64,000 nucleotides of DNA from Felis catus (lineage: Eukaryota). Both the position numbers and the translations under genes were made by a program. Positions 23,864-36,099 of the stretch are shown piece after piece (within the stretch, counting starts at the first letter, position 1; each line of letters starts with the position of its first letter). The stretch covers positions 11,472,001 to 11,536,000 of the forward strand of contig NC_058369.1 of the NCBI RefSeq assembly GCF_018350175.1, given 5' to 3'. The notes under the pieces were generated by a model. That model saw only the letters and a list, made by a program, of their open reading frames with translations. It was not told the DNA's origin and ran no database searches.

Positions 23864-25710
23864 CTGCAGAAGCAGGTGGAAAGCATCAGGGAGGCCCTCA
23901 GGTCTCATTACCCTTGGGTGTAGCCTACTGTTCCTGCCTTTCCCAGTAGCTCCCTGTCCTGGAGATGGGAAATCCCACTCTAACCCACCCCACCCTGTCA
24001 GAGAGGCACAGTGTTTAAAAATGCCAATAAAAAGGTTTCTCGGGAGCCCGTGCACCAGCCTGGGGACCCTAAGAAAAAGGACAATAGGGTGGAGAGGGTC
24101 TCAAATAGGGGCAGAGATACCCCACAGCCCTTACGAAGCATATACATATGTATGTGGTAACCACAATGCCCAAGGCTGTACCTCAGGGTACAGGGCCAGG
24201 CAGCCCAGCACCCTGTGGTATGTGGGCAGTCCAGCAAACGAATACTTGTCCAAAAGGGCTGATAATGTCCATGAGAAACCCTGTGCTGGTCTCATCCCCC
24301 TTGGCTGAGGGAACTTCCAGCACTCCAAAGGTCCTCACCACCCAAAAGGAGAGGGGAGACAAAGTGGAGAGGGTTTCCCAGGAAAGATGCTGTGAGTTTG
24401 CCCAGGGCCTAGAAAAAGAGCCCTATCACATCAACCTCGTGGGATGGAACCCTCCATAGCAACTGGGAAGGCAGGCCAAACCTCCCTCCTGGGAGAAAGA
24501 GAGCACCACACAAAGGTATTCTAACAGTGGGAACAGCCCACATACCCCCCAGCCCTGGCCCCACACGTCAAGCAGGTCTAGGGGCCCCTCCATGCAAAGC
24601 TGGGCACCCAAGCAGCAGCAGCAGCAGCTGTGGGAGAAGCAGCCGGCACCACCTGGTCACTCCCTCCCCTGTCCTGCCCCCCAGCCCCAGACTGCAGAAA
24701 GAAGGGGCACAAGTAGCCGGCACCTGCAGAGAAGGGGTCCACCTGGCCACTGAGCAAACAGCCAAGCCCCTCAGCTGCAAGCACAGCGGCTGCCAAGCAG
24801 GAGGACAGGGGGTATGTCTGGGGCTCCCCCCACCCTTTTTGCTTGCGACAGAGCCAGAGCATGAAAGTCCCTCTGGCAGCCTCTGCTCCCAGTGGCCCCG
24901 GGGCCTCACCTGAACCCACCAGTGCCCGGCTGGACCCCTCCTTACTCTCTGTTCTCCTCCCATCTGTCAGTTGGAGCCACGAGGCTGCCCCACACCATCA
25001 CATGCCCTCCTCACTGAAGCCTCTCACTAGGGCACTAGGACTTCTACGCCGGCACCAGTTTAGACAGTAACAGACGCCCACCACCTGATGCTGTGGAATC
25101 AGGCAGGTGTAGGTGGCAGGCCCAGCTCCACCACCTGCTCCTAGGTCCCTTTGGGCAAGGGATGTGACCTCTCATGCTTTGAGCATGAGGACAACAACAG
25201 TGCCTCACAAAGGTGCTTTCGTGGCCCAAGAGGTACAAGTGGGTCAGGCTCAGAAGAGCAGAGACAGGAAGTGTCCACATCTGCTCTGTCTCATGTGGGG
25301 ATGGCCCAGCTCGCTGTGGTCTGCCCCAAGGACTCATCCCCCCCCATCAGCCCTATCTGAGGATACAAAGCCTCAGGAGAACTCCTCCAAATGGCCGTCT
25401 CCAGAAGGAGGGGTCACTTAACACTCTGGTCCTGAGAAGAGCCATTTGGAGGATAGTGAAACTGGCCCTGTTAGGGCTTGTTCCTCACCCTACAAGCTGG
25501 GGGAGAGGCTGGCCACCAGGCAATTGCAAGGGGCAGGGAGGGGGCCCAGGCCAGAGAAGGGAAGCGCACTGGACCCCAAGCAGTCTTTGGGAGCCCCAGC
25601 TGCAAAGCAAGAAGAAAGGAAGCAGACATAGGAGGCGGTTCAAAGAGGGAGACGCCAGTAGGCAGCAGGCGCCCCTGCAGAGTCTCACCCCTGGGCAGAC
25701 ACCCACTCAC

Positions 25711-25951
25711 CTTTCTCCACCTGAGCCGTACATGCCTCCTTGTATCATGTCTGTCTCCAAGTGTGGCACCATATCTAAGCGCTGGTTAATTCTGGACAAA
25801 ACGGAATCGGCACTGGCGCTACCCGCGGCACTAGGGTTTGTATTTGTGTCAGAGCTAGGCATTTCCCAAGAGTTTGAAGTGGCCATACCATACCCATAGT
25901 TGGTGGTGTTATCCTGGCCATAGCCATAGCCATAGCCATAGTTCTCGTAGC
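25711..25951 (-). CDS. AKAP8L: AKAP8L exon 4 (GYENYGYGYGYGQD...GSGGER, 241 nt)
   Basis: Within ORF 25707..26045; cattgcag acceptor, GTGAGT donor. Confidence 0.96.
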
Positions 25952-26249
25952 CTGCAATGAGGAAGACAGAGACAGACAGAGATGGCAGGGATAGGGAGAG
26001 GAGACGCACACAGAGACGGCAAGACAAACACAGAGACAAGGACATCTGTCACAGAGACAAAATGGGGACCCTAGCCACCTCAGGCTGGGTGGGCCCTAGC
26101 CACAGGACCTCCTGTGAAAGAGCAGCTGGCCCCAGAGTCCCCGGGCCCCCCGAAGATACCTCCCGATACACTTTAGGCAAGCTGGGCAGTGGTAGAAACA
26201 CAACCAGTTTAATCCCAAGGGACAGGAGAGCCATCATGGGAATACTTGC

Positions 26250-26282
26250 CTCTGTTTGTCCCAGAGTTCCAAGTTCCATATC
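26250..26282 (-). CDS. AKAP8L: AKAP8L exon 3 (GYGTWNSGTNR, 33 nt), GC donor
   Basis: tttgtag acceptor; AG|GCAAGT non-canonical donor; phase 1-1. Confidence 0.92.
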
Positions 26283-28291
26283 CTACAAACAGTAAAAGCA
26301 TAATTACATCTACAATTGATGACAATACAACAAGAGCTTACTTCAGACACAAAGACGATGATTCCCAGTATCTGACTGATTACAGAAGACTGAATCTCCC
26401 CCGGGAAGCCCTGAGCTTCAGAGCACTACATAAACGACCCAGGTCACTTCCTAACCCTGGTGCCCAAACTTCTGTGGCTCTGACCAGCTCTTAAGGGCCC
26501 CCTCCTTGCCAACACTGTCAGCTAAGGAACTGGCTCTTTACACTCCTCCCCGAGGAGCCAGAATTAGATTACCCCAACTTCCTGCTAAGCACCAATCAGA
26601 AGAGGAGACTGGATGCCGGTGCCTCACCGACAATGCTGTACAAGAAGTTCGGCACAGAGCCCACATCCACTCAGAAAACCACATCACTCAAATCACCCAA
26701 AAAAGCCATCTGGAACAGAGAAACTGACCATCCTACTCTTCCAAGCATATGCCTTAACAAGGAGGGCCACCATATCCTTGAATTGCATGTGTGTGCTATG
26801 CTAAAACACGCTAGCAGAGGTAAGGACAAGGCACAACTCCTACCTTGCAAAAGCTATTGAGAGGACAATCTGGATTATAAACCAAATATGCTCTGGATTT
26901 TATCACAGCACATGAGAAAAATCAATTCCTTCAGGAACATAAAGCCAGCGAGAACTGACAAAGTGCAAAGCCAAGTGGGAATTCCAAGTCAAGCAAACAC
27001 GGTTCCTCTCCCCAGAGGAGTCTACCAGAACGGTGACCACTTTCCCCATGTCTCTGGGGAGACTCCAGACTTGCCTCCTACTCCCTATTGTCTCTACCCT
27101 GCAGATAGACAAGACATGTTCATCCCAAGGCAGGGACCAAAGCTCAGTGAGATGGCAGCATGATGAATGGCAAGAGTCCAGCCACAAGAGAGCAAGAGTG
27201 TATTAACTTGAAAAGATGGAAAAGCACAGGCCAGGCATAGACCCGAGGTCCTACACTCAGGTTTCTCCTCAATCCAGCACATAAACAGAATGGGGAGGTG
27301 TCAGAAACCAGCAAAGAACCCTAGGTGACCATTAAATCTAATGCACCTCGAGTGCCAGAGCTCACAAAGCAAAAATCCTTTCAGTTGGGAAAACCAAAGC
27401 AGAGGCTTCTCCTTCATTCAGTTTTTCAACTATCAATCGGAGAACGCAAAAGCACAGGCTGGCAGTGCTGGGCACGGCTCAGGCCGAGAGCACTGCTCAC
27501 TAAAGGAGCCACTTCTAACTAGAAAGCAGCAAAGGGACAGCCCAGAGCAGGAAATCAGGCGAGAGACGAGTGGCAAAGGAGAGTTCTGACAGGCAAGAAA
27601 AGAGGCTGGCAGAAGCACACAAGGAATAATACACACTTCGCTGAAGCAGCTAACAAGAGCCCAGTCGTGTGGATGTTTGCACCAGGAACAGTGGACACCA
27701 GCTACTCAAAAGGAGAAAGGACTGGGAAGCACAGGCAGACCCACTGGGGCTCTGCTTGTGAGGCCTGTATATGGTCCCCCAGAGCTTTAGCCACCGAAAA
27801 TCTGCCAGCACAGAGCAGGGAAGCACAAGGAAAGGAAGCAGGAATGGGCACTAACTCTGTAAACACAAAGACAGGTGGGTGGACAAGTAGGTGATGGCCC
27901 GATGACAGGACTCAGCAAGCACTCTCCAGGTACTACTTGCTATGTCCAGGGCAACTCAGACTCCCTGAAGGGATTCCCCACAAGGTGCCTTCAAAGGGAA
28001 ACCATTGTCTACACTATGAGGCCTGGGGAGTCCCCAAGACCTGTCCCTTCCAGAAGAACATCACAGCTCACTTCACCCCCAGAGGGGATGAGACCAGTGC
28101 TGACGTAGGGAATTTTAGGGACGTAATTTTTTTAATAAGAGAAAAAGAAAAGTAGATGGTCACCATAAGCAAAACTTATAGAACAAAAACATAAAACAAT
28201 GGAAATGTTCAACTTCAAGGAAATAGTTATCCAGATTACAGCCTACCTTCTCGGTGACAAAGCTCATATAGGCATCAAAAAAGAATCCACT

Positions 28292-28514
28292 GGGGTGCCT
28301 GGGTGGCTCAGTCGGTTAAGTGTCCAACTTCGGCTCAGGTCATGATCTCACCACTCGTGGATTCAAGCCCCGCATCAGGCTCGGTGCTGACAGCTCAGAG
28401 CCTGGAGCCAGTTTCGGATTCTGTGTCTCCCTCTCTCTCTGTCCCTCCCCTCCGCCACCCCCCCCTGTCTCTCTCTCTCTCAAAAATGAATAAACATTAA
28501 AAAAAAAAAAAAAA
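28292..28514 (+). mobile_element. Can-SINE
   Basis: Head, (CT)n tract and poly(A); TSD aaaaagaatc. Confidence 0.92.
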
Positions 28515-28648
28515 GAATCTGTTAAGCCTTATGTAGTACGAGGAAATGCTTCTAACAGTAAGCAAATAAAGGAAGACAGACAATTCTATCCACCCATAAA
28601 TTATTCAACTACCTAAATTAGGAATGCTGACAAAAGTATTAAAATGGT

Positions 28649-28867
28649 GGGGCACCTGGGTGGCTCTGTCAGTTGAGTAACTGACTCTTGGTTTCAGCTG
28701 AGGTCATGAGTTCACGGTGGGGAGTTCGAGCTCCGCATCAAGCTCTGTGCTGACTATGCAAAGCCTGTTTGGGATTGATTCTGTCTCCTCTCTCTGCCCC
28801 TCCTCAACCCTCTCTCTCTTTCTCAAAAATAAATAAATAAATGATAAAAATAATAGAATAAAATAAA
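28649..28867 (+). mobile_element. Can-SINE
   Basis: Head and A-rich tail; TSD taaaatggtgggg. Confidence 0.9.
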
Positions 28868-29228
28868 ATGGTGGGGTCTCGAGTGACTGTTTTTCAAAAT
28901 GTTAAAGTTGCTCTATTGCTCTTGTAATTTAAGCCAGAAGGAAATATAAAATGGCCTTTATTCTTTCACACGACTGCCTACATAAACAAACCTCAAAAAA
29001 AATCCATACAGGTTATAAGAATAAGTGAGCTTAGCAAGGTTTATTACAAGGTCAATAAATAAAAATCAACCCAATTTCTTCAAATTATCAAAGACCGATT
29101 GAAAACTGAAGCTTTAAAACGTACCATTTACCTTGGCACTGACAGTAGGAAATATTTGGGTGTAGATACAACAAACTACGTGCAGGATCTGTGTTTTGAG
29201 AACTACAAAACTCTAATGAAAGAAATCA

Positions 29229-29586
29229 GGCTGGCTCAGTCTGTAGAGCATGCAACTCTTGAATCCTGGGTTGTGAGTTCAAGTCCCACGCTGGGTGTAG
29301 AGATCACTTAAAAAACAAAATCTTTTTAAAATTTATTTTGTTTAATGTTTATTTATTTTTGAGAGAGAGAGTAGGGGAGGGGCAGAGAGAGAGGGAGACA
29401 ATCCCAAGCAAGCTCCACACTGTCAGCCCAGAGCCTGACACGGGGCTCAAACCCACGAACTATGAGATCATGACCTGAGTGGAAACCAAGAGTCAGACGC
29501 TCAAATGACTGAGCCACCCAGGCGCCCATCTTTTTTATTTTTATTTTTATTTTTTTAAGTTTACTTATTTAGAGAGAGAGACAGAC

Positions 29587-29622
<36 letters not shown>

Positions 29623-29625
29623 CAC
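29229..29625. mobile_element. Cluster of Can-SINE pieces (short + copy, full - copy 29330-29527, partial - tail) within an L1 ORF2 remnant
   Basis: SINE motifs in both orientations; flanks resemble L1 (aactacaaaactctaatgaaagaaatc; ttggacttcatcaaaatgaagaacttttg). Confidence 0.8.
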
Positions 29626-30750
29626 ACAGGCGTGATAAATTGGACTTCATCAAAATGAAGAACTTTTGTTCTTCGAAATTCACTTGACAAGAGGAGAGAT
29701 GATCCTCAGGCTGGGAGAAAAGATTTGCAAATGGCACATCTGTTAAAATGCTTGTGCCCAGAATTTATAAACCAGAAGGAAAATAATTCAAAAAAGATGT
29801 GCAATCTGGACTGTTGTTTGATTAAAAGGGGTGAGGCAGACAAGGCAGGATAGGGAAGCCATACAAACCAAGTCGCTTCTCCTTTATGAAATACCAGATA
29901 CCTCCATACTCAATTTCAAAACATTCTCCAAGTCTCCCTCTCCCCCGGGGACCAGATGCTAATACTTCAGGGAGCTTACTTATGTCCACTGATTCAGTGA
30001 CTCTTGAGGTAATGTCAGGGTGTAGGCTTGGTCTTTCCCCAGACCCTAGTAGTAAAACAAATTACCCATCTCAGCAATCAAGGCATTATCCTTATTAATT
30101 CCAAAGAGGGCTCCTTCTCACAGACACCAACAGTCACAGACCACAGAAAGACTGGTTTTATTGGCAGTTAGGGTTGCCAGAGCATACCCAGAGAACATCT
30201 GTGGATTCTGTTGAGTGGCTATTTCTGAATTAGAGAATTAGCGTGCCTGATCACAACTGAGAAATCAATCGGACACTGTCCCTCAACCCAATGTGAGGAA
30301 CCCGCTGGCTTGGGATGGTCTGACTGTCTCTAAAAACCCTGCTAGATTCAGACAGGCAGCTTCTCTCGTACAGAGGTCCCACACGCTACACTGAAGCTAA
30401 ACTGATGGTTTGGTTTCTAGCTCAGACCATCCTTTGGACTTTGGCCACTCTCCTTCCCAGACCCTCAAGGGAACTTTCTGAAGCCACACTTTGTCACAGA
30501 CCGTATGTGCTTCTAAGAAAATGTTACGGGGTCAAAGGAACCAATCATTTACAGCTCCAAGAACTCTAGCCTGCTCAGTCAGCAGCCATCTTTCCCATAA
30601 TTGTCTCCAAGGGAAACACCGGCTATTCTAACAGCCCACCACACCATTTTATACAAGTTTGCATTTGGAAAAGCAAGGCAGGGCAAAGTCAAAGGCAACT
30701 GAGAAGACACCAGAGCACTCACCCTCTGGTTCCCAGGGGCCCACACTTAC

Positions 30751-30825
30751 CATAGTCACAGGTAGGCTGAGCGCTCGTGTCTGAGTATGTCGACTGCAAA
30801 GTGGTTTCAGATCCTTGGACAAAGC
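30751..30825 (-). CDS. AKAP8L: AKAP8L exon 2 (GFVQGSETTLQSTYSDTSAQPTCDY, 75 nt)
   Basis: atttag acceptor, GTAAGT donor, phase 1-1. Confidence 0.95.
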
Positions 30826-31487
30826 CTAAATATATGCACAGTGTGGTTAATTTCCCCAAACAAGCCATGTGGAGATGACCTAAGATTACCCTTTGGTGTA
30901 GACTGGCTGGCAGGCCCTCTCCTCAATGGAAAGCCTCCAAAAAATTCTAGCTTCTGAACACTTTAATTATACCTCCAGAACATATTAGCCAATGAAAAGA
31001 TGGGCTATATTTAACTCGCTACACCAGAAGAACTGGACAAACAAAAGTTTAAACATTGTAAACCAAAACTTCGTTTTGATAAATCAGTACCCAAACCATT
31101 CAGTTAAATGAGAAAAATACTTACATCAAATGACTGAAACATGAGCCAATTCAAACAAGGATGGGACTTGGTTCTGAACAATACTAAGGCAAATAACACC
31201 CCTTCCCTTCCCCCAAATCTGACACCAAAACTGCTTTGTATTTTTTCTCATTAAAAAAACGTGTACATTACCTCTTCAATGCAATTACTTGGGGTGAGCA
31301 CGTTTATATTGGGTAAATATTATACATGGCATGTGTATTACTTCCTGTTTTCTCAACTCTCAAACGATTTCTTAGCTTAAAATAAATTAGTACCAACTAA
31401 AGAAAACTTAAACCTCTACCAGAAACTACTCTTAAATGATGAAACCTGATAGTATTGTTAAAATTACATTTAAAAATATTATTTTTA

Positions 31488-31660
31488 GGGGCGCCTAGTG
31501 GGTCAGTTGGTTAAGCGTCAACTCTTGGTTTTGGCTCAGGTCATGATCTCAGGGTTTGTGAGTTTTAAGCCCCTCATCAGGCTCTGCACTATCAGTGCAG
31601 AGCCTGCTTGGGATTCTCTCTCTTCTCTCTCTGCCTCAAAATAAATAAACATTTAAAAAA
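31488..31660 (+). mobile_element. Can-SINE
   Basis: ggggcgcctagtgggtcagttggttaagcg... with A tail. Confidence 0.88.
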
Positions 31661-33048
31661 TGATAATGAAATATTATTTTTAAGTAATTTACCCTTAGCG
31701 CTGAAACTATGAAGGATACCATAAGAGGCAATATTTGCATTTTCTCAGCAGAGCCAACTCCTGACAAATTAAAGCCAATGACTTTGACAGCTTTTTTACA
31801 GCAAAAGCATACACCAAGTGCCTCCCCTCGGGGTGGGCATTCACATGTTGACAGTCTCTCTAGCTCATCTTTTAAGACCAAAGCAACAAAGATGGCCGCC
31901 AACATCAGCCAACACTGAACAAGTGTCTCCCCCGCAGGGCGCTAAGAGCCTTTTTATTTTATTTCATCCTCACCACAGCCAACAAAGGGGACAGGGCCAA
32001 CATCCCTTACCCTGCAATTCCAAGTCCAAAAAGGTCTGAAAACCAAGTGTTCTCCTCAAATGTGGTGCCAACACTCATTGTGGGGCAAAACTGACCTGTG
32101 AGGATAATTACGATTTTTCTTTACCCAATTTGGTATAGAAATAATGCATTTAGTTACAGGGTGCTACCCCAGACCCCAAGTGCTGTGGAATGTCCTTCTC
32201 TCAAGCTAGTACTCTAAAATATACCCAGCTCCAAAGGTTTCAAACAAAGATCGGTGGACCCACACTTCAGCCTTACTTCCCAGAGGAGGGAATTGAGACT
32301 GGGCAGTGGTGAAGGAGAGAGTCCCAAGTATCCACCCCAACCTCTTCACCTTTCCTAATGAAAGAGGGGACATTAGAATGGATTCCCTCCAGGGGCCATC
32401 CAACATGCCTACAACATAAGCACTGTCCACAAGAAACACTGGAAGCGTGCTTTGTTCGGTTCACCCGTAGGGAAGCCCCACAGTGTACACACAAGTAGCC
32501 TACGTTTACCTTCTCCGTTGTTTGCTCAACTAGCTTTCGGAAACCTGTTTGTTCAGCAATATGGCCCCCCGCAAAATGGCTCCAGACTTCAGCTACTGTG
32601 GTTTGTACACAGTGCAGCCGCAGCTGGAACCTACCACACCCTGACAGGATTACTAACTGGAACGCAGTACAAAAGCTGCAGAGCAAAAGATCTATGTCTA
32701 TTCAAAGGAGAGGCGCCCTAGTTCTTCCCTGGGAAAAAGGAAAGACAATCCACCAAACCTTCAGAGGTCAATGGCAACCTCTGCTCTAGTTTGGTCCTCC
32801 CCATGTTAACATTTTGTTCCACAATACTGTCTCTACAGCAAATTAAGCTCCAAGTATGAATAAATTTTTGTCCGGTTCCAACCTTCTCTCCTTGGTTCGG
32901 TTTACCAGCCTGATCAGCTCTAGATGAGAAAATAAAATAAGCAAGGGTTTGACCCTACAAACCTAAGGCTCAGGCATGGATTTATAATTATGTATCATAA
33001 CCCCTCCTTCTTGGTCAGACTGACATCTTTTTTACTCAAAAATACATA

Positions 33049-33276
33049 GGGGCGCCTGGGTGGCGCAGTCGGTTAACCTGCCGACTTCAGCCAGGTCACG
33101 ATCTCGCGGTCCGTGAGTTCGAGCCCCGCGTCAGGCTCTGGGCTGATGGCTCCGAGCCTGGAGCCTGTTTCCGATTCTGTGTCTCCTTCTCTCTCTGCCC
33201 CTCCCCCGTTCATGCTCTGTCTTGCTCTGTCCCAAAAATAAATAAAAAACGTTGAAAAAAAAAATTAAAAAAAAAA
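33049..33276 (+). mobile_element. Young felid SINEC_Fc-type element
   Basis: Near-consensus body; TSD aaaaatacata. Confidence 0.94.
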
Positions 33277-33294
33277 TACATAAAGCTTCTCAGG

Positions 33295-33745
33295 TTTTTT
33301 TTTTTTTTTTGTAAGTTTATATTTATTTTGAGAGGGGGAGAGAGAATGTAAGCTGGGGAAGGGCAGAGAGAGAGGGAGAGAGAATCCCACGCAGGCTCTG
33401 CGCTGAGTCACCCAGGCTCCCCAAGCTTCTTTTTTTATTCCCCAAGTTTTATTCTTTTTTTTGGAAGGAGATTCCTTGAAGAAATGACAAAAAGTGATAA
33501 ACACTAGAGGTCAGGGCACCTAGGTGGCTCCCTGGGTTAAGTGTCAGACTCTTGATTTCTGCTCAGGTCATGATCTCCTGGTTAGTGAGTGAGTTTGAGC
33601 CCCGTGCCAGGCCCTGTGCTGACAGTGCGGAGCCTGCCTAGGATTCTCTCTCGCCTCTCTTTCTCTGCCACTCCCCTGCTCATGCGCGCCCGCTCTGGCG
33701 CTCTCTCTCTCCCCCTCTCAAAATAAACAAACATCTAAAAAATTC
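33295..33745. mobile_element. Internally deleted minus-strand SINE (33295-33422) and plus-strand SINE (33514-33745)
   Basis: SINE head and tail motifs. Confidence 0.82.
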
Positions 33746-33790
33746 TAAGAACCAGAAGACAACTGGAATGAAGTTAGGTTGCCTCCAGCC

Positions 33791-34245
33791 TGATGGTAAC
33801 CAGCCTCCAAGATGGCCTCTTCGGATTCTTGCCTCCTGACATTACGCCGTCCCTTCCCAAACTAATAGAGGTAGCCCGCGTAACCAGTAAGACCGCAGAA
33901 ACCACGGAGTATGACTTCCCAGGCTCTGCCTTGCTCTCTTAGATCATTCACTCTGGGAACAACAGCCCACCGCGTTGTGAGGAGACGCAGGCAGGCTTGT
34001 GGACAGGCCCACTTGGTGGGGAACCAACAGCCAGCATCAACCTGCCAGCTGTGGGAGTCTGAGTCACCTCAGAGGTGGATCCCTTGGCCCCGGGCAAGCT
34101 TTCAGATGACTACAGTCCCAACGACATCTAAAACGTAACCTCATGGGAGATCCCAAGCCAGAACCATTGACCTAAACCACTTGTGCATTCCTAACAACAC
34201 CAAACACTGTGTGAGATAAATGTTCTTATAAAAGGATTGGTAGTG
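33791..34245 (+). mobile_element. MLT1-type (ERVL-MaLR) solo LTR
   Basis: cctccaagatggcc...gcctcctgac...ccagcatcaacctgccagc...actgtgtgagataaatgtt resembles MLT1 as recalled. Confidence 0.7.
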
Positions 34246-34373
34246 TTTCAGACCTTTCTCTGAAGGCCTGATTCTGCCTTTTTCTCTCCTGTTTTTTCCA
34301 CTGCTCTCATCCTTCCCCTCAGTGCCACAGACAGGGCCTCCTTTCCCAAGTACACACAAAGAGACTGAATTCA

Positions 34374-34590
34374 GGGGCGCCTGGGTGGCTCAGTCGGTTA
34401 AGCGTCCGATTTCAGCTCAAGTCATGATCTCACGGCTAGTGAGTTCAAGCCCCACGACGGGCTCTGTGCTGACATTACAGAGCCTGGAACCTGCTACAGA
34501 CTCGGTGTCTCCCTCTCTCATTGCCCCTCCCCCGCTTGCGCACGGTCTCTCAAAAATAAAAACAAACATTAAAAAGTTAAAAAAAAAAAA
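34374..34590 (+). mobile_element. Can-SINE
   Basis: Head and A tail; TSD aaagagact. Confidence 0.92.
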
Positions 34591-35158
34591 GAGACTAGGT
34601 TCAAAAGCTGGACAAATCATCATAAAAAAAAAAAGCTACTGTAATCATTTTCTATGCGTAATAATCATGGTAACATTTGCATCAAGTCCTCCAGAACTCC
34701 TCCTTAAAGGCAAAGAGTTGTCTGAAAAGTGACTTAAAAAGCTTTTGACTTCAGTGGTCTACTTCTTTAAAGGGAAAGACTCACATTATAAAGCTGCTGT
34801 GGTTTTCAGTTGATCAAGACCAAGGAAAAAGTAATCATCACCCCATTAGCCTGACTCCCTCAGTGAGCCAGGAATTAAAGCCTACCAGATCTGGAGTTGA
34901 ACTTGAGACCTGGCCATTAGCGACCTAACTCAGTCTCCTTGTCTATAAATGTAAAATGCTCCCTCATTAAGCTACACTCCACAGCACCCGACCATCCATC
35001 TTCTGGTTTCCTCAGCAGTCTTGCCCCTAAAAACCAAAGAACTGTCTTCCACCTCCTGGTAAGACTTGGAGAAAACGATTACATCTCAATTCCGGAGTTG
35101 TCAGCCGCGACCCCACTGACTTTCCTCCCGAACCAGGAAACCTACGGAAAGCCTAGGG

Positions 35159-35371
35159 CAGGGCTGTCCAACCTTGGCACTGCTGATAGTCCACCGTGGT
35201 GGGGTCCATCTGGCACGTCACAGGATGGTTAGCAGCATTCCTGGCCTCCATCCCCCAGATGAGGGAAGCAACCCCACCCCCCGGATGTGACAACCCAGAA
35301 CACCTCCAAACACCGCCAAATGGACCGGGGGCGGGGTGGGAAGGCAGAATCGCCCCTGGTTGAGAACCACC
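35159..35371. mobile_element. MER20-like hAT DNA transposon relic
   Basis: caaccttggcactg...gtgacaacccagaa...cccctggttgagaaccac. Confidence 0.75.
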
Positions 35372-36099
35372 ACCGGGCAAAGGGATGGTTACTTGAAAAG
35401 CTAGGGTTCTCACCAAGCTCCTGGCCTGGGGGCCGGAAGAGGGAGGCCTGGCACCACTTCCCTGCGGAAACCAACATAAAACAGCCTACAGAACGGCCCC
35501 AGAGGCTCCGGTTCCATCGTCAGCCCCCGAACATTCTAAGCAGAATGTAGGTTACCTGGCAACCACACTTTCTCGAGCCTGATACCCCCATTAAACGGGG
35601 AGGCCTCGTCTATGGCTCCGAGCTGAGAGGCCTCATCTGTTACTGCCAAAGGCAAACCCAAGCGGCCTTTCAAAGTCCTCCAGGGATAATTTACAATCGC
35701 CCAAGCATCTCCCAGGGCCCCCTCTCTCGATCTCATCAGCCACCCTCCCCTCTGCTCAAATCCCACCGGCCTCGCTAGCTGCTCATCTAACAAGCCAGGC
35801 CGTTTCTGCTCCTGAGCCTTTATGCCAACGGCACCCCTGACCAGACACCCTGAACTCCCTCACTCCATTCAGGTCTCCGCCCAAATGTCGCCTCTTCACA
35901 GCGAGCCCAACCCCCTCCCCCTGACCCCCCGCAACAGAGCAGCTACTGACCGCCGGGGAATACATCCTATATTCATTTGTTTTCCTGCTAAGATCTGCCC
36001 GTTAGCTGCTTGAGGATTTCCTGCCAATATTCCAGCGCCTGTTCGGCACCTGACACGATGAATCTGACAGATGGTGAATGAATTAACACAGAAGCCGGT

